64,000 nt of DNA from Acidimicrobiia bacterium (GTDB lineage Bacteria > Actinomycetota > Acidimicrobiia > Spongiisociales > UBA5794). The DNA is taken from the NCBI GenBank assembly GCA_036985855.1, contig BTQL01000005.1, positions 10,136-74,135 of the forward strand. The letters run 5' to 3'. The notes under the pieces are model-generated. The model was not told where the DNA came from. It ran no database searches and worked only from the letters and a program-made list of their open reading frames with translations. Within the stretch, counting starts at the first letter, position 1. The number at the start of each line of letters is the position of its first letter. Below, in pieces: positions 34,811-44,915 of the stretch. Both the position numbers and the translations under genes were made by a program.

Positions 34811-35926
34811 ATGACCGAGATTCCCGAGATCGAAATTCCGAACCATCTCCTTCCCGTCGACGGAAGATTCGGGTCAGGTCCAAGCCGGGTCCGCACGACA
34901 TTCCTCAACGATCTCGCCGACACAGGGACCCTGTTCATGGGCACAAGCCACCGAGCGGAAGGAGTCAGGAGCGTGGTGGGTGATATCCGATCCGGCCTCA
35001 CAGAGATGTACGACCTCTCCGAGGGTTACGAGGTGGTACTCGGTGTTGGCGGCGCAACTGCCTTCTGGGACGCCGCCGTATTCGGACTCATTGAAAACAG
35101 ATCCGCCCATTTCGTGTGCGGTGAGTTCAGCCAGAAGTTCGCGACATCCGTCACGGTCGCACCCCACCTGGACGAACCCGTCGTCATCACAGCAGACTTT
35201 GGCGATGCTCCGATCCCCGAAGAGGTTGCTGGTGTCGACACGGCGGCATTCATCCACAACGAGACCTCCACGGGTGTTCTTGCACCGTTCGCCCGGCGCG
35301 GGGACGCGCTCGTCACGGTCGACGGGACATCCGCAGCAGGAGCGATCGCGTTCGAAACGACCTCGGTCGACGCATACTACTTCTCGCCACAGAAGGCTCT
35401 CGGCTCCGAAGGCGGACTGTGGATCGCTCTCTTCTCCCCATTCGCCGTCGAACGCATAGAGGCAGTCGCGCGATCGAATCGGTGGATTCCTCCGTTCCTC
35501 TCGCTCAAGACAGCGCTCGACAACAGCCGCAATGCACAGACGTACAACACTCCAGCTCTCGCGACCCTGTATCTGCTCGCGAGGCAGATCGCGCACGTGA
35601 ACGACAGCGGTGGTATCGGCTGGGCCGACACGGTCGTCAGATCGGCATCTGGCCACCTCTACGAGTGGGCGGAAGAAAGCGAGTTCGCTGTTCCTTTCGT
35701 TCGTAGGACCGATCTACGCTCTCCGACGGTCGTGACCATCGATCTCGCCAACTCGGTCTCAGCGAACCATGTCGCAGGCATTCTGAGGGCCAACGGCATC
35801 GTCGACACGGAGTCGTATCGCAAACTGGGAAGGAACCAACTCCGGATCGCAACGTTCCCGAACATTCCCATAGAAGACATCGAGGCCTTGACCGCGAGTA
35901 TCGACTACGTCGTTGGGCGCCTGTGA
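34811..35926 (+). CDS. serC: Phosphoserine aminotransferase (actinobacterial SerC type)
   Basis: 371 aa with [12 protein letters not shown] and GTSHR N-terminal motifs typical of the mycobacterial-type SerC, and a [12 protein letters not shown]-lysine region. Confidence 0.8.
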   Translation: MTEIPEIEIPNHLLPVDGRFGSGPSRVRTTFLNDLADTGTLFMGTSHRAEGVRSVVGDIRSGLTEMYDLSEGYEVVLGVGGATAFWDAAVFGLIENRSAHFVCGEFSQKFATSVTVAPHLDEPVVITADFGDAPIPEEVAGVDTAAFIHNETSTGVLAPFARRGDALVTVDGTSAAGAIAFETTSVDAYYFSPQKALGSEGGLWIALFSPFAVERIEAVARSNRWIPPFLSLKTALDNSRNAQTYNTPALATLYLLARQIAHVNDSGGIGWADTVVRSASGHLYEWAEESEFAVPFVRRTDLRSPTVVTIDLANSVSANHVAGILRANGIVDTESYRKLGRNQLRIATFPNIPIEDIEALTASIDYVVGRL

Positions 35927-36564
35927 CAGCTCCTCTCGCGATCGCAGCGATCGGTTTCGGCCTCATCTCGGCGAGCCTCACGAACCAATCAGCCGTGTGG
36001 AGTCGGATCTTCAAGATCACGGCATCGACATCCATGCTCGCGATCATCGTGACAGGTGACCCATCGATGAACGGTTACGCGATACTCATCACCGCCGGTC
36101 TCATCGCTTCATGGTTCGGAGATCTGGCACTGTCCTTCACGGGCGAGAAAGCCTTCCTCGCGGGACTGGTCTCCTTTGCTCTTGCCCACTCTCTCTACAC
36201 CGCTGGTTTCTTTGCCCGGTCACCGATGGACCTGCTTGCGATCGCAGTATCCGGTGTCACCATGGCCCTCACCGCTGCAGCCATTCTCCGATGGCTCGCT
36301 CCACACACACCGGACCAGCTCAAGACACCTGTGGCTGTGTATATCGCGATCATCTCGGTGATGGTCGTTGCCTCCTTCGGTACAAGCGGTATTCTTGTCG
36401 ACGCACGAATCCCGACTGCCGCAGTGTTGTTTGCGACGTCTGATGTGCTCGTTGCCCGCCAGCAATTCGTCGCTCCCGCACTCGTCAACCGAATCGTTGG
36501 TTTGCCGGTGTACTTCGCGGCCCAGGTGCTATTTGCGATAACCGTTGTGAGCCCCTGGACGTAA
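35923..36564 (+). CDS. YhhN-family membrane protein (lysoplasmalogenase-like)
   Basis: 213 aa, polytopic and hydrophobic. The FGDLALS and ATSDVLVA segments resemble YhhN motifs. It overlaps the serC stop by 4 nt. Confidence 0.55.
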   Translation: MTAPLAIAAIGFGLISASLTNQSAVWSRIFKITASTSMLAIIVTGDPSMNGYAILITAGLIASWFGDLALSFTGEKAFLAGLVSFALAHSLYTAGFFARSPMDLLAIAVSGVTMALTAAAILRWLAPHTPDQLKTPVAVYIAIISVMVVASFGTSGILVDARIPTAAVLFATSDVLVARQQFVAPALVNRIVGLPVYFAAQVLFAITVVSPWT

Positions 36565-36617
36565 CATCGGCCAGGGAGCCGAGCGTCGACCGTCATGTCC
36601 TCAGCTACGCTTGGTCC

Positions 36618-37115
36618 ATGCCTCATCTCATGCTCATGCGTCACGGGAAATCTGATTGGGATGCCGGTGCATCGGACGATCACAGCAGGCCTTTGGCGCC
36701 GCGAGGTGTCGACGCGGCTCAATGCATGGGAGAGGTTGTTCGCGATCTCGGGTTGGTCCCCGATCTCGTTGTTTCATCCACCGCGACCCGCGCTCGCTCG
36801 ACAGCGGAGCTCGCGCGCATCACGGGTGGCTGGAATACCAGACTCGTACTCGACGACGCGTTGTATGGCGCCTCTGTCACCGAGACGCTGGATGCCGCCT
36901 CGCGACACGCAGAAGACTGCGAGCGAATCATGCTCGTGGGTCATCAGCCGACGTGGTCGATGACCGTGAGGCGCCTTACGGGGGCACAGGTAGCCATGCG
37001 CACGGCAACGATCGCCGACATCGAGATGTCGATCGTGAACTGGTCCCAGCTCAGCACCGCTACCGGCACGCTCACGGCGCTGCTTCAACCCAGACACTTT
37101 GCGAACAGAACGTAA
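36618..37115 (+). CDS. Histidine phosphatase family protein (SixA-like)
   Basis: The RHG catalytic motif (LMRHGKSDW) and a later GHQP are typical of SixA / phosphoglycerate-mutase-like phosphatases. Confidence 0.7.
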   Translation: MPHLMLMRHGKSDWDAGASDDHSRPLAPRGVDAAQCMGEVVRDLGLVPDLVVSSTATRARSTAELARITGGWNTRLVLDDALYGASVTETLDAASRHAEDCERIMLVGHQPTWSMTVRRLTGAQVAMRTATIADIEMSIVNWSQLSTATGTLTALLQPRHFANRT

Positions 37116-37168
37116 CCCTCGGAACACGGATCTGCTCAAATCGTCCACATCGAGATCGAAAGGCAAAC

Positions 37169-38215
37169 ATGATCGACCTACGGAGCGATACGGTCACGAG
37201 ACCATCGAGGGAGATGCGAAAGGCAATCGCCGAAGCCGAGGTCGGCGATGATGTCTATCACGACGACCCGACTGTCAACAGGCTCGAACGAACCGTTGCC
37301 GAGATGCTCGGCACACAAGACGCGGTCTTCGTCCCGACCGGCACGATGTCGAACCAGATCGCACTTCGAGTTCATACCGAACCTGGAGACACCGTCGTCC
37401 TGCACGCTGCCGCTCACATCGTGAGGCACGAACTCGGCGGAGCTGCCCACAATTCCGGCGTCACGTTGGCCCCCATCGACGGCCCCCATGGAACATTCAC
37501 TTCCGGTCAACTCACCGAAGCGGTTCCGAATCCTCACCCGGCGCTTCCGAGCCATCTATTCGACCCGGTCACCCTCGTATGTCTCGAGAACACGCACAAC
37601 GACTCGGGCGGAACCGTCTGGGACGTGGACCAGACCAGGGACGTAGTCGGCACGGCACGAGGGCTCGGATTGAAGAGCCATCTCGATGGGGCGAGACTAT
37701 GGAACGCATCTGCGGCACGCGGAACGGCTCTCACCGAACTCGCCACAGGTTTCGATACGGTGAACGTGTGTTTCTCAAAGGGTCTCGGTGCGCCGGTCGG
37801 GTCGGCGTTGGCCGGTTCCGTGGATACGATCGAACGAGCCCGCCGTTTCAAACAGATCTTCGGAGGGGGTTTTCGACAGGCCGGCATGCTCGCTGCAGGT
37901 GCGCTCTACGCGCTCGAACACAACCGTGCGCGGCTCGTCGAGGATCACGCCAACGCGAGATTCTTTGCCGAAGCGATCAACGAATCAGACGAGATCGACG
38001 TCGACCTAGCTTCCGTGCAAACGAACCTCGTGTATTTCGAGGTCGCTGATGCCGGAGCCCTCGTTGACACCTGCCTGCAAGAGGGTGTGTCGATGCTCGC
38101 AGTAGGCCGAACGGCGGTCAGGGCTGTGTTTCACATGGATGTGTCAGCCGACAACACTGCCAGAGCGGCCGAAGTCGCGAAAGCGGCAAGCAGCAATCAT
38201 CAGCCTATTCCCTGA
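37169..38215 (+). CDS. ltaE: Low-specificity L-threonine aldolase
   Basis: Start at [13 protein letters not shown]. The [17 protein letters not shown] and [11 protein letters not shown] (PLP lysine) motifs are present. The track ORF from 36656 is a spurious upstream extension. Confidence 0.85.
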   Translation: MIDLRSDTVTRPSREMRKAIAEAEVGDDVYHDDPTVNRLERTVAEMLGTQDAVFVPTGTMSNQIALRVHTEPGDTVVLHAAAHIVRHELGGAAHNSGVTLAPIDGPHGTFTSGQLTEAVPNPHPALPSHLFDPVTLVCLENTHNDSGGTVWDVDQTRDVVGTARGLGLKSHLDGARLWNASAARGTALTELATGFDTVNVCFSKGLGAPVGSALAGSVDTIERARRFKQIFGGGFRQAGMLAAGALYALEHNRARLVEDHANARFFAEAINESDEIDVDLASVQTNLVYFEVADAGALVDTCLQEGVSMLAVGRTAVRAVFHMDVSADNTARAAEVAKAASSNHQPIP

Positions 38216-38250
38216 TTCGAGACCTGAAATGCCTGTCTCGTGCGATGCGT

Positions 38251-38703
38251 CTATATCACCATCGTGATGGTCACCAGGCCGGTCATCACGGCCGTCGACA
38301 CGCCCACGATGCCAACAATCATCGGCTTTGAGAGGATCTCGTCACTGCCAGGATCCGGAGGCGGCGTGACATCGGCGATCATCTCGTCGATGGCAGCGTC
38401 GTAGTCATAGGATACCCCGCGTTTTCCACCCTGTGTTTCGGGTTCGGGCGTGAGAGGAACGGTCATCGCCTCAGCAAAGGCCGAAGGGGAGGATGGCGTG
38501 AAGGTGAGAGTTTCACCGGCGAGACGCATCTGGAAGGAACCTTTACCGGCTGGCGACACGTCACAATCGTTTCGGCCCCAGGTGCCGAGTTCGTTCTCGC
38601 CGGCGATCAGGCGCAACGAGTCTTCGCCTATTTCGAACGACGAGCACAACCCGTCACCCGTCTCGCCCGGCAGAAGTACTGCCCCACTGAATACCCGACT
38701 CAT
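38251..38703 (-). CDS. Hypothetical protein with C-terminal transmembrane anchor
   Basis: The ATG at 38703 is preceded by GGAG. The C-terminal hydrophobic helix is PMIVGIVGVSTAVMTGLVTITMVI. Confidence 0.45.
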   Translation of the reverse strand: MSRVFSGAVLLPGETGDGLCSSFEIGEDSLRLIAGENELGTWGRNDCDVSPAGKGSFQMRLAGETLTFTPSSPSAFAEAMTVPLTPEPETQGGKRGVSYDYDAAIDEMIADVTPPPDPGSDEILSKPMIVGIVGVSTAVMTGLVTITMVI

Positions 38704-38854
38704 CCTGTCTCCGCTGTTCTGCACATATCTCTATCGGTTGTGGAGCGTCCACAATGAAGCACTAGATGCAAATGGGTCGTTCGGCCCGTGACTAGTACCA
38801 CATCGAGGTTGCCTGATCATGGCACGAGTGCCCGATCCGGAGACACTCGGCCAC

Positions 38855-41800
38855 TCAGCGGAAGTCCCTGGACGATATCTCCGGCGCCTGCCACTCACAG
38901 AGTCGGCGCGCCACCAGGTTCGTAACACCGTCGCGGTATTCGAGAACTCCCTCGACCACTATCCCAATAGCCTTGCGGGCGATCTCATAGTTCTGCTCCC
39001 ACACCACAGGCATCATCACCACGTTCATGATCCCTGTCTCATCTTCGAGGTTGATGAACCGCACACCGTTCGCAGTTTCCGGTCGTTGCCGGTGAGTAAC
39101 CACCCCTCCAACCTTGATCCTGGAGTTGTGGCTCCGGAGCGCAAGGGCATCGGCAATGGCAACGACGCCCTGGGCACGGAGGTTCTCCCTGATGAACGAA
39201 ACCGGGTGGACCACAGAGATTCCAGTCGACCATAGATCCGACTGCATCTGAGAAGGACCGTCCATGGCAGGAAGCTGCGGAGAGGAAGACCGATCCTCCA
39301 ATGCAAGCCGGTCGGGCCCAAGACCTGCAAGCGTCCCGGACACCCACATCCCATCGCGCTTCCCCAGACCCAGGGATCCCATCGCTCCTGCGCCGGCAAG
39401 ACCCTCGTGGGCATCGACGGACAGTCCCGTCCGTTGAGCAAAGTCCTCAGGTGTCACGAACGAACCAGCGGTAAGGCGAGCAGCTTCAATGCGAATGATG
39501 TCTGCATCGCCCAGGTTGCGGACATATCGCAAGCCAAGCCTGAGGGCGACCGACTGTCGTACCGGATCATCCGCTGCTCCCATACCGCGCCTCCACGACA
39601 TCCCGAGATACTCGGCCAGATCACGCGGGTCGGCATCGTGCGGCTCCACGGTGCAGTCATGGTTCGAATGATTCACATCCGGTGGGAGCACCATGACGCC
39701 GTGGTGAAGAGCATCCGCAACGAGGGAGTTCGGCGAGTAGAACCCCATCGGTTGAGCATTGAGCAGTCCAGCGAAGAACTCGGCAGGCCAGTGGTACTTG
39801 AGCCACGACGCTGCATACACGATGTAGGCGAACGAGACCGAATGGGACTCGGGGAAACCGAATGATGCGAACCCCTGGAGCTTCTCCCACAACTCGTCAG
39901 CGGAGGCACCGGTTATGCCATTCATCGCCATACCAGCGAACACTTCTCCTTCGAGCTTCGCCATCTCCTCTGCTGAGCGCTTGTGGGTCATGGCTTGACG
40001 AAGTCTGTCTGACTGTCCGGGAGTGAACCCTGCGCATACCCGAGCGATCTCCATGAGCTGTTCCTGGAAGATGGGAACACCAAGTGTCTTTGCCAGGATC
40101 GGCTCCGCGGCAGGATGGACGTACGACACCGGCTCCTCCCCGTTGCGCCTCCGCAGATAGGGATGCACGGACTGACCCTGGATGGGCCCGGGCCTGATGA
40201 GGGCGACTTCAACGGCAAGGTCATAGAAGGTGCGCGGCTTCATCCTCGGCAAGGTCGCCATCTGGGCTCTCGACTCCACCTGGAACACGCCAACGGTGTC
40301 GGCGCGGGTCAGCATCTCATAGATGACAGGCTCCTGAGGGATGGTCCCGAGATCGATGTCGATGCCGTGCACATCTGAAATCGTGTCAACAGACAAATGC
40401 AGCGCGTTGAGAGCACCGAGGGCAAGCAAGTCGAATTTGACGATCCCCATCGTTGCGGCATCCGTTTTGTCCCATTGGATGACGGAACGATCCTGCATCC
40501 TCCCCCACTCCATCGGCACGGTCTCCCACAAGGCACGGCGGGCAACGACCATGCCGCCAGAGTGGATTCCGAGATGCCTGGGGAAGCCGTCGAGCCGGTG
40601 ACAAATGTCATAGATGTGTTCCGCCGTAAGCCCGCGTGGCAGCTCGACGACATCTCTGAGCACTTTGGGATCGTGCGTGTCGACATACTTGGTGAGACCA
40701 TTCACCTGTGCCTGGGTCAGTCCGAATGCCTTGCCAACATCCTGAAGCACAGACCGCGCTCGGTAGGTGATGACATTGGCCACCATGGCAGCGCGCTCAC
40801 GGCCGTATCGCCGGTAGCAGTATTGAATGATCTCTTCGCGTCGCTCAGCCTCAAAATCGATATCGATGTCCGGTGGTCTCCCCCGCTCGTGGGAGAGGAA
40901 CCGTTCGAAGGGAAGTCCGAGACGAATCGGGTCAACCCGTGTGAGTTCTATGCACCGGCACACGGCAGAGTCGGCACCAGATCCCCTGATCTGGCAGTAG
41001 ATACCTCGCGACCTGGCGAACTGGACGATGTCCCATGCAACAAGGAAGTACCCGGCAAAGCCGAGATCCCTGATCACGCCCAGTTCGTGCTCGAGACGCC
41101 TGCGCGCCCTCGGGTCGATACCGTCCTCGCTGCCGGGATACACGCCCGCAGCCCCTTCATACACGAGGTCGGATAGGTAGTCATCCTCGGTGGTGAATGC
41201 GCCGGGCATCGGAAAATCGGGAAGCTCAGGAGCAAGCAGATCGAGATCGAAAGCAAGCGCCCGCCCGAGATCAGCTGCTCGTTCCACGGCACCTGGATAC
41301 CTGGCAAAACACCTGCTCATTTCATCGGGTGTTCGCAGGTGGCGCAGGTCCGTTGCTGGACGAAAGGCATCAGCCTCATCGAGATTGCTGCGTCCGCCAA
41401 TGGCAGCGAGTACTTCGGAGAGGTCGGCGTCATGCCGATACGCATAGTGAACATTGTTGGTTGCGACCGTTTCGATACCAAGCCGCATGCCGACTTCAGC
41501 AAGTATGTCGTTGCGCCTGTCGTCTCCGGGCATCCCGTGATGGGTCAGTTCGAGATAGAAACGATCGCCGAATACCTGTTTGAGTTTGCCTGCCCGCAAC
41601 AGGGCTCCTGGAAGGTCACCCTGTTGTGCTGCTCGCGGAACCGAACCCTGCCAACAACCGGAGAGAGCAACGAGGCCCCCATCCGTTGCCGCTTCGGCGA
41701 GATCTCTATAGGAATACTTGGGGGCGTCCTTCTCCCCCCGGAACTGTCCGCGGGTAACGAATCTCCCGACGGCTGCATAACCGGCGGGATCTGGCGCAAG

Positions 41801-42178
41801 CAGAACGAGATGGTCTGTGGACACTCGCTCGGTCGACTTCGAGCCATGCATCTGCTTGATCCGGCCCCGCCGGGTGAGATCACCCTCCCCTGTCTCTGGG
41901 ATCTTCGAATCGCTCGGAGCCATCACCCCTGCTACGGAACTCTCGGTACGTTCGGACTCCTCATGTGGCATACCCACCTCGGTGCCGTACACGATCGGAA
42001 ATCCGACCGCCGATGCGTGCGCATGGACCTGTACCGCACCCCGGAACCCATCGTGGTCTGTGACGCCAAGGGCTTCGTACCCGAGTTCTTCTGCTCGTGC
42101 AACGAGCTCACCCGCCCACGACGATCCGTCGAGAAACGAATAGTTGGTGTGACAATGAAGCTCTGCATACCGTGCCAT
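38855..42178 (-). CDS. dnaE2: Error-prone DNA polymerase DnaE2 (C-family pol III alpha homolog)
   Basis: The PHP N-terminus YAELHCHTNYSFLDGSSWAGELV is the DnaE2 type rather than the DnaE1 FVHLHVHTEYS type. Length is about 1100 aa. A perfect LexA box lies immediately upstream. Start at MARYAELH; alternatives are 42199 and 42289. Confidence 0.85.
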   Translation of the reverse strand: MARYAELHCHTNYSFLDGSSWAGELVARAEELGYEALGVTDHDGFRGAVQVHAHASAVGFPIVYGTEVGMPHEESERTESSVAGVMAPSDSKIPETGEGDLTRRGRIKQMHGSKSTERVSTDHLVLLAPDPAGYAAVGRFVTRGQFRGEKDAPKYSYRDLAEAATDGGLVALSGCWQGSVPRAAQQGDLPGALLRAGKLKQVFGDRFYLELTHHGMPGDDRRNDILAEVGMRLGIETVATNNVHYAYRHDADLSEVLAAIGGRSNLDEADAFRPATDLRHLRTPDEMSRCFARYPGAVERAADLGRALAFDLDLLAPELPDFPMPGAFTTEDDYLSDLVYEGAAGVYPGSEDGIDPRARRRLEHELGVIRDLGFAGYFLVAWDIVQFARSRGIYCQIRGSGADSAVCRCIELTRVDPIRLGLPFERFLSHERGRPPDIDIDFEAERREEIIQYCYRRYGRERAAMVANVITYRARSVLQDVGKAFGLTQAQVNGLTKYVDTHDPKVLRDVVELPRGLTAEHIYDICHRLDGFPRHLGIHSGGMVVARRALWETVPMEWGRMQDRSVIQWDKTDAATMGIVKFDLLALGALNALHLSVDTISDVHGIDIDLGTIPQEPVIYEMLTRADTVGVFQVESRAQMATLPRMKPRTFYDLAVEVALIRPGPIQGQSVHPYLRRRNGEEPVSYVHPAAEPILAKTLGVPIFQEQLMEIARVCAGFTPGQSDRLRQAMTHKRSAEEMAKLEGEVFAGMAMNGITGASADELWEKLQGFASFGFPESHSVSFAYIVYAASWLKYHWPAEFFAGLLNAQPMGFYSPNSLVADALHHGVMVLPPDVNHSNHDCTVEPHDADPRDLAEYLGMSWRRGMGAADDPVRQSVALRLGLRYVRNLGDADIIRIEAARLTAGSFVTPEDFAQRTGLSVDAHEGLAGAGAMGSLGLGKRDGMWVSGTLAGLGPDRLALEDRSSSPQLPAMDGPSQMQSDLWSTGISVVHPVSFIRENLRAQGVVAIADALALRSHNSRIKVGGVVTHRQRPETANGVRFINLEDETGIMNVVMMPVVWEQNYEIARKAIGIVVEGVLEYRDGVTNLVARRLCEWQAPEISSRDFR

Positions 42179-42191
42179 AACATCATGGTAG

Positions 42192-42207
42192 TCGAACATA
42201 TGTTCGA
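42192..42207 (-). promoter_or_regulatory. LexA (SOS) box, perfect palindrome TCGAACATATGTTCGA
   Basis: It matches the actinobacterial consensus TCGAAC-N4-GTTCGA at 16 of 16 positions. It ends 13 nt upstream of the proposed dnaE2 start, and a TACCAT (-10-like, TAnnnT) sits between them. Confidence 0.8.
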
Positions 42208-42275
42208 TCCATCCAGTATCAAGTATCAGGTATGGGGTCTCCGGAAGTAGTGTGTCGGTAGCGACGGAAGCATGA

Positions 42276-42491
42276 ATGACACCGAACAACCCAACATCTG
42301 ATGACGGCCCTCCGACAGAGGAGATCTACATCGAGCTCCGCGAGCTGGAGGCCGCTGTTGGCACGGAAGGTGTCGGCCCGACCGCCGAACCCGCCCCGGT
42401 ACTCGCCGACGACGATCCAACCGGCATCAAGGCTCGTATCGCTCGTCTGAGAGCCGTCTTGTCCGACCGGGGTATCGAACCGCCCACCTGA
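42276..42491 (+). CDS. Possible small acidic/proline-rich protein (71 aa)
   Basis: The ORF sits in the otherwise empty dnaE2 / ACT-gene gap. Third codon positions are mostly G/C, as in neighbouring genes. I recognise no motif. Confidence 0.3.
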   Translation: MTPNNPTSDDGPPTEEIYIELRELEAAVGTEGVGPTAEPAPVLADDDPTGIKARIARLRAVLSDRGIEPPT

Positions 42492-42546
42492 ACCGAGACC
42501 GCCTTCACCGGTTCTCTCCGGGTTGGTTATGGCGTAGAGTGAGGCC

Positions 42547-42927
42547 ATGATCGAGTTCTCAGTGAGGCTTGCCAACAGACCGGGACAGCTTGCGGCGCTG
42601 ACCCAGCTCTTTGCCGACGCGGGTGTCGACATCGAGGCTTTCGCTGCGGTCGCAGACGACGGCGAATCGCATGTTCGGATCATCGTCGACGAGACAGCCA
42701 GAGCACGTCGCCTCCTCATGGATGCAGCGATCGACTTCGATGAGTGCGACATCCTCGACACGTTTGTTCCCCGGGGCAGCGGCGGGCTCGCCGCAATCGC
42801 ATCGAGCCTTGCCCAGGCAGGCGTGAACATCAACTCGATGTACCTGCTGCACACCAACGCGGAGGGTTTCCATCTGGCGCTGACGGTATCGGATCCAGAT
42901 CGTGCCAGCCAGGCTCTTGCTGGCTGA
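42547..42927 (+). CDS. ACT-domain protein (tandem ACT-like)
   Basis: 126 aa. MIEFSVRLANRPGQLAALTQLFADAGVDIEAF has the typical ACT beta-alpha-beta pattern, and it is repeated in the second half. Confidence 0.6.
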   Translation: MIEFSVRLANRPGQLAALTQLFADAGVDIEAFAAVADDGESHVRIIVDETARARRLLMDAAIDFDECDILDTFVPRGSGGLAAIASSLAQAGVNINSMYLLHTNAEGFHLALTVSDPDRASQALAG

Positions 42928-42929
42928 CC

Positions 42930-44771
42930 TCAGTTCTTGCTCAGGGCACGCCTCGTGGATGAGGCAATCCCTTCGGCATCGAGACCCAGCCGTTCCAGGA
43001 TCACGTCGGGTTTCGCATGCTGGAAGTACTCGATAGGCACACCCAGCACCTCTACGCAAGCGGCGGACTCCATGTCGTCGAGTGCGAGCTGAATCGACGT
43101 ACCGACACCGCCCTCACGGAATCCATCTTCGACACTTATCACAGCTTCGTGCGCGGCAGCGTCACTGAGCATCACCTCATCGAGTGGCTTCACGATGCGT
43201 GGATCCCAAACTGTTGCTTCGATTCCCTCCTTGGCGAGCATCTCTGCGGCCTCGAGACATGCCTGAAGCATCTTGCCTGCACCTATGAGACACACGCGAC
43301 CGTCACCGATCCTCGCTTTACGCGCTGCCAGACCAGTACCGACCTCGTCCTCGCTCGCCATCACAGCCCGTGTCTTGGGCCATCGAATAGAGACGGGGCC
43401 GTCGCACAGTTCGATCGCGTCATTGAGCATCACCTCGAGCTCCTGATAGGAAGAGGGCGCCATCACGGTCATCCCCGGCACCTTCATGCACAGCACCATG
43501 TCGAGAACACCGTGGTGGGACGGTCCGTCATCCCCTGTGATGCCGGCACGGTCGAGGCAGAACACGACATGCTGTCCGTGAAGCCCGACATCGAGGTTCA
43601 CCTGGTCGATCGCGCGCGTGAGGAAGGTGGAATAGACAGCGACGACCGGAGTGAGACCCTCCATCGCCATTCCGGTGGCAGCGCCGACGGCGTGCTGCTC
43701 TGCGATTCCTACATCGAAGCATCGGCCGGGGAATCGATCAGCGAACGCGAGTACACCCGTCGAATCGGGCATCGCAGCGGTGATCGCGACCAGTTTCGGG
43801 TGGAGCTCACCGAGCTTGACGAGGGTTTCGGCAAACGCGGCCGTGTAACTCCCAGACTCGATCGACCCTGTGTCGTGCATGAGCTTTATGCTGTCATTCT
43901 CTGCCGGTGCATGGCCACGTCCCTTCTGCGTCAGAACATGGACGACGACAGGTCCCTCGAACTCTTTCGCGTTGTGGAGGGCCTGCTCGATAGTTGCGAC
44001 ATCGTGACCGTCGTACGGTCCGAGGTATCGAAGTCCGAGATCTTCGAAGAAGGGTGGAGGCTCCCACATATCGCGGATCGCGGCCTTGGTCGCACTGATG
44101 CCGCGCCCGAGAATTCCACCGACCAATGGGGCGTTCTCAGCAAGCTTCTCGAGCTTCTTCTGCCGCCGCATATATATCGGGTTCGCCCGGATACGCATCA
44201 GACTCTCAGAGAGCTTGGAAACCGTCGGGGCGTAACTGCGGCCGTTGTCATTGAGCACGATCGTGACGTCCCTGCCACTGTGGCCAAGGTTGTTCAGACC
44301 TTCGAAGGCCATGCCCCCTGTCATTGCTCCATCTCCGATGACCGCGACCACGTGGCCGTGGCCATCACCGTCGTCCTGGAGCTCTCGCGCGGTCGCGATA
44401 CCGTACGCGTAACTGAGGACCGTGCTGGCGTGGCTGTTCTCGATGACGTCGTGCTCTGACTCCGCTCGGCTCGGATAGCCGCTGAGGCCGCCCTCCTTGC
44501 GAAGTCGTTCGAATCCATCTCTCCGACCGGTGACGATCTTGTGCACATACGCCTGATGCCCGGTGTCCCACAAGATGACGTCCCGCGGAGACTCGAATAC
44601 GCGATGAAGTGCAAGAGTCAGCTCGACGGCGCCGAGGTTCGAGCCAAGGTGCCCGCCATTCTGCTGGACCGCATCGACCATGAAATTGCGAATCTCAAGT
44701 GCGAGCACGTCGAGTTCGTCGTAATCCAGGCTGCGAACATCAGCCGGTCCGTCGATGTGCTCCAGATACAT
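42930..44771 (-). CDS. dxs: 1-deoxy-D-xylulose-5-phosphate synthase
   Basis: 613 aa with GHLGSNLG, DTGHQAY and GDG...GMAFE (TPP-binding) motifs and a transketolase-like C-terminus. Confidence 0.95.
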   Translation of the reverse strand: MYLEHIDGPADVRSLDYDELDVLALEIRNFMVDAVQQNGGHLGSNLGAVELTLALHRVFESPRDVILWDTGHQAYVHKIVTGRRDGFERLRKEGGLSGYPSRAESEHDVIENSHASTVLSYAYGIATARELQDDGDGHGHVVAVIGDGAMTGGMAFEGLNNLGHSGRDVTIVLNDNGRSYAPTVSKLSESLMRIRANPIYMRRQKKLEKLAENAPLVGGILGRGISATKAAIRDMWEPPPFFEDLGLRYLGPYDGHDVATIEQALHNAKEFEGPVVVHVLTQKGRGHAPAENDSIKLMHDTGSIESGSYTAAFAETLVKLGELHPKLVAITAAMPDSTGVLAFADRFPGRCFDVGIAEQHAVGAATGMAMEGLTPVVAVYSTFLTRAIDQVNLDVGLHGQHVVFCLDRAGITGDDGPSHHGVLDMVLCMKVPGMTVMAPSSYQELEVMLNDAIELCDGPVSIRWPKTRAVMASEDEVGTGLAARKARIGDGRVCLIGAGKMLQACLEAAEMLAKEGIEATVWDPRIVKPLDEVMLSDAAAHEAVISVEDGFREGGVGTSIQLALDDMESAACVEVLGVPIEYFQHAKPDVILERLGLDAEGIASSTRRALSKN

Positions 44772-44915
44772 GGTCAGTAGATCTCCGTGGGGGCGCTCTA
44801 TCGAAACGGTACCCGAATATGTTGCCGTGTGTCATCCGATGCGGACGTGCGCTCATCGAACGACCCTGCACAAAGGTACCCTTGTCCGGGAACCATCGAT
44901 CACACCGGAGGTCAC

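Noticed and set aside
38855-42289. Possibility that this C-family polymerase is the replicative DnaE1
   Set aside because: The N-terminal PHP motif is of the DnaE2 type (ELHCHTNYSFLDG), the length is about 1100 aa, and a perfect SOS box sits at the start. A BLAST or phylogeny check would settle it.
42219-42857. 212-aa minus-strand ORF that might have been imuB/imuA-like, upstream of dnaE2
   Set aside because: It overlaps the plus-strand ACT-domain gene, has no Y-family polymerase or RecA-like motifs, and its start region overlaps dnaE2. It is judged spurious.
43017-44459. 480-aa plus-strand ORF
   Set aside because: It is entirely antisense to dxs, which has unambiguous TPP-enzyme motifs. 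The ORF itself has no motifs.
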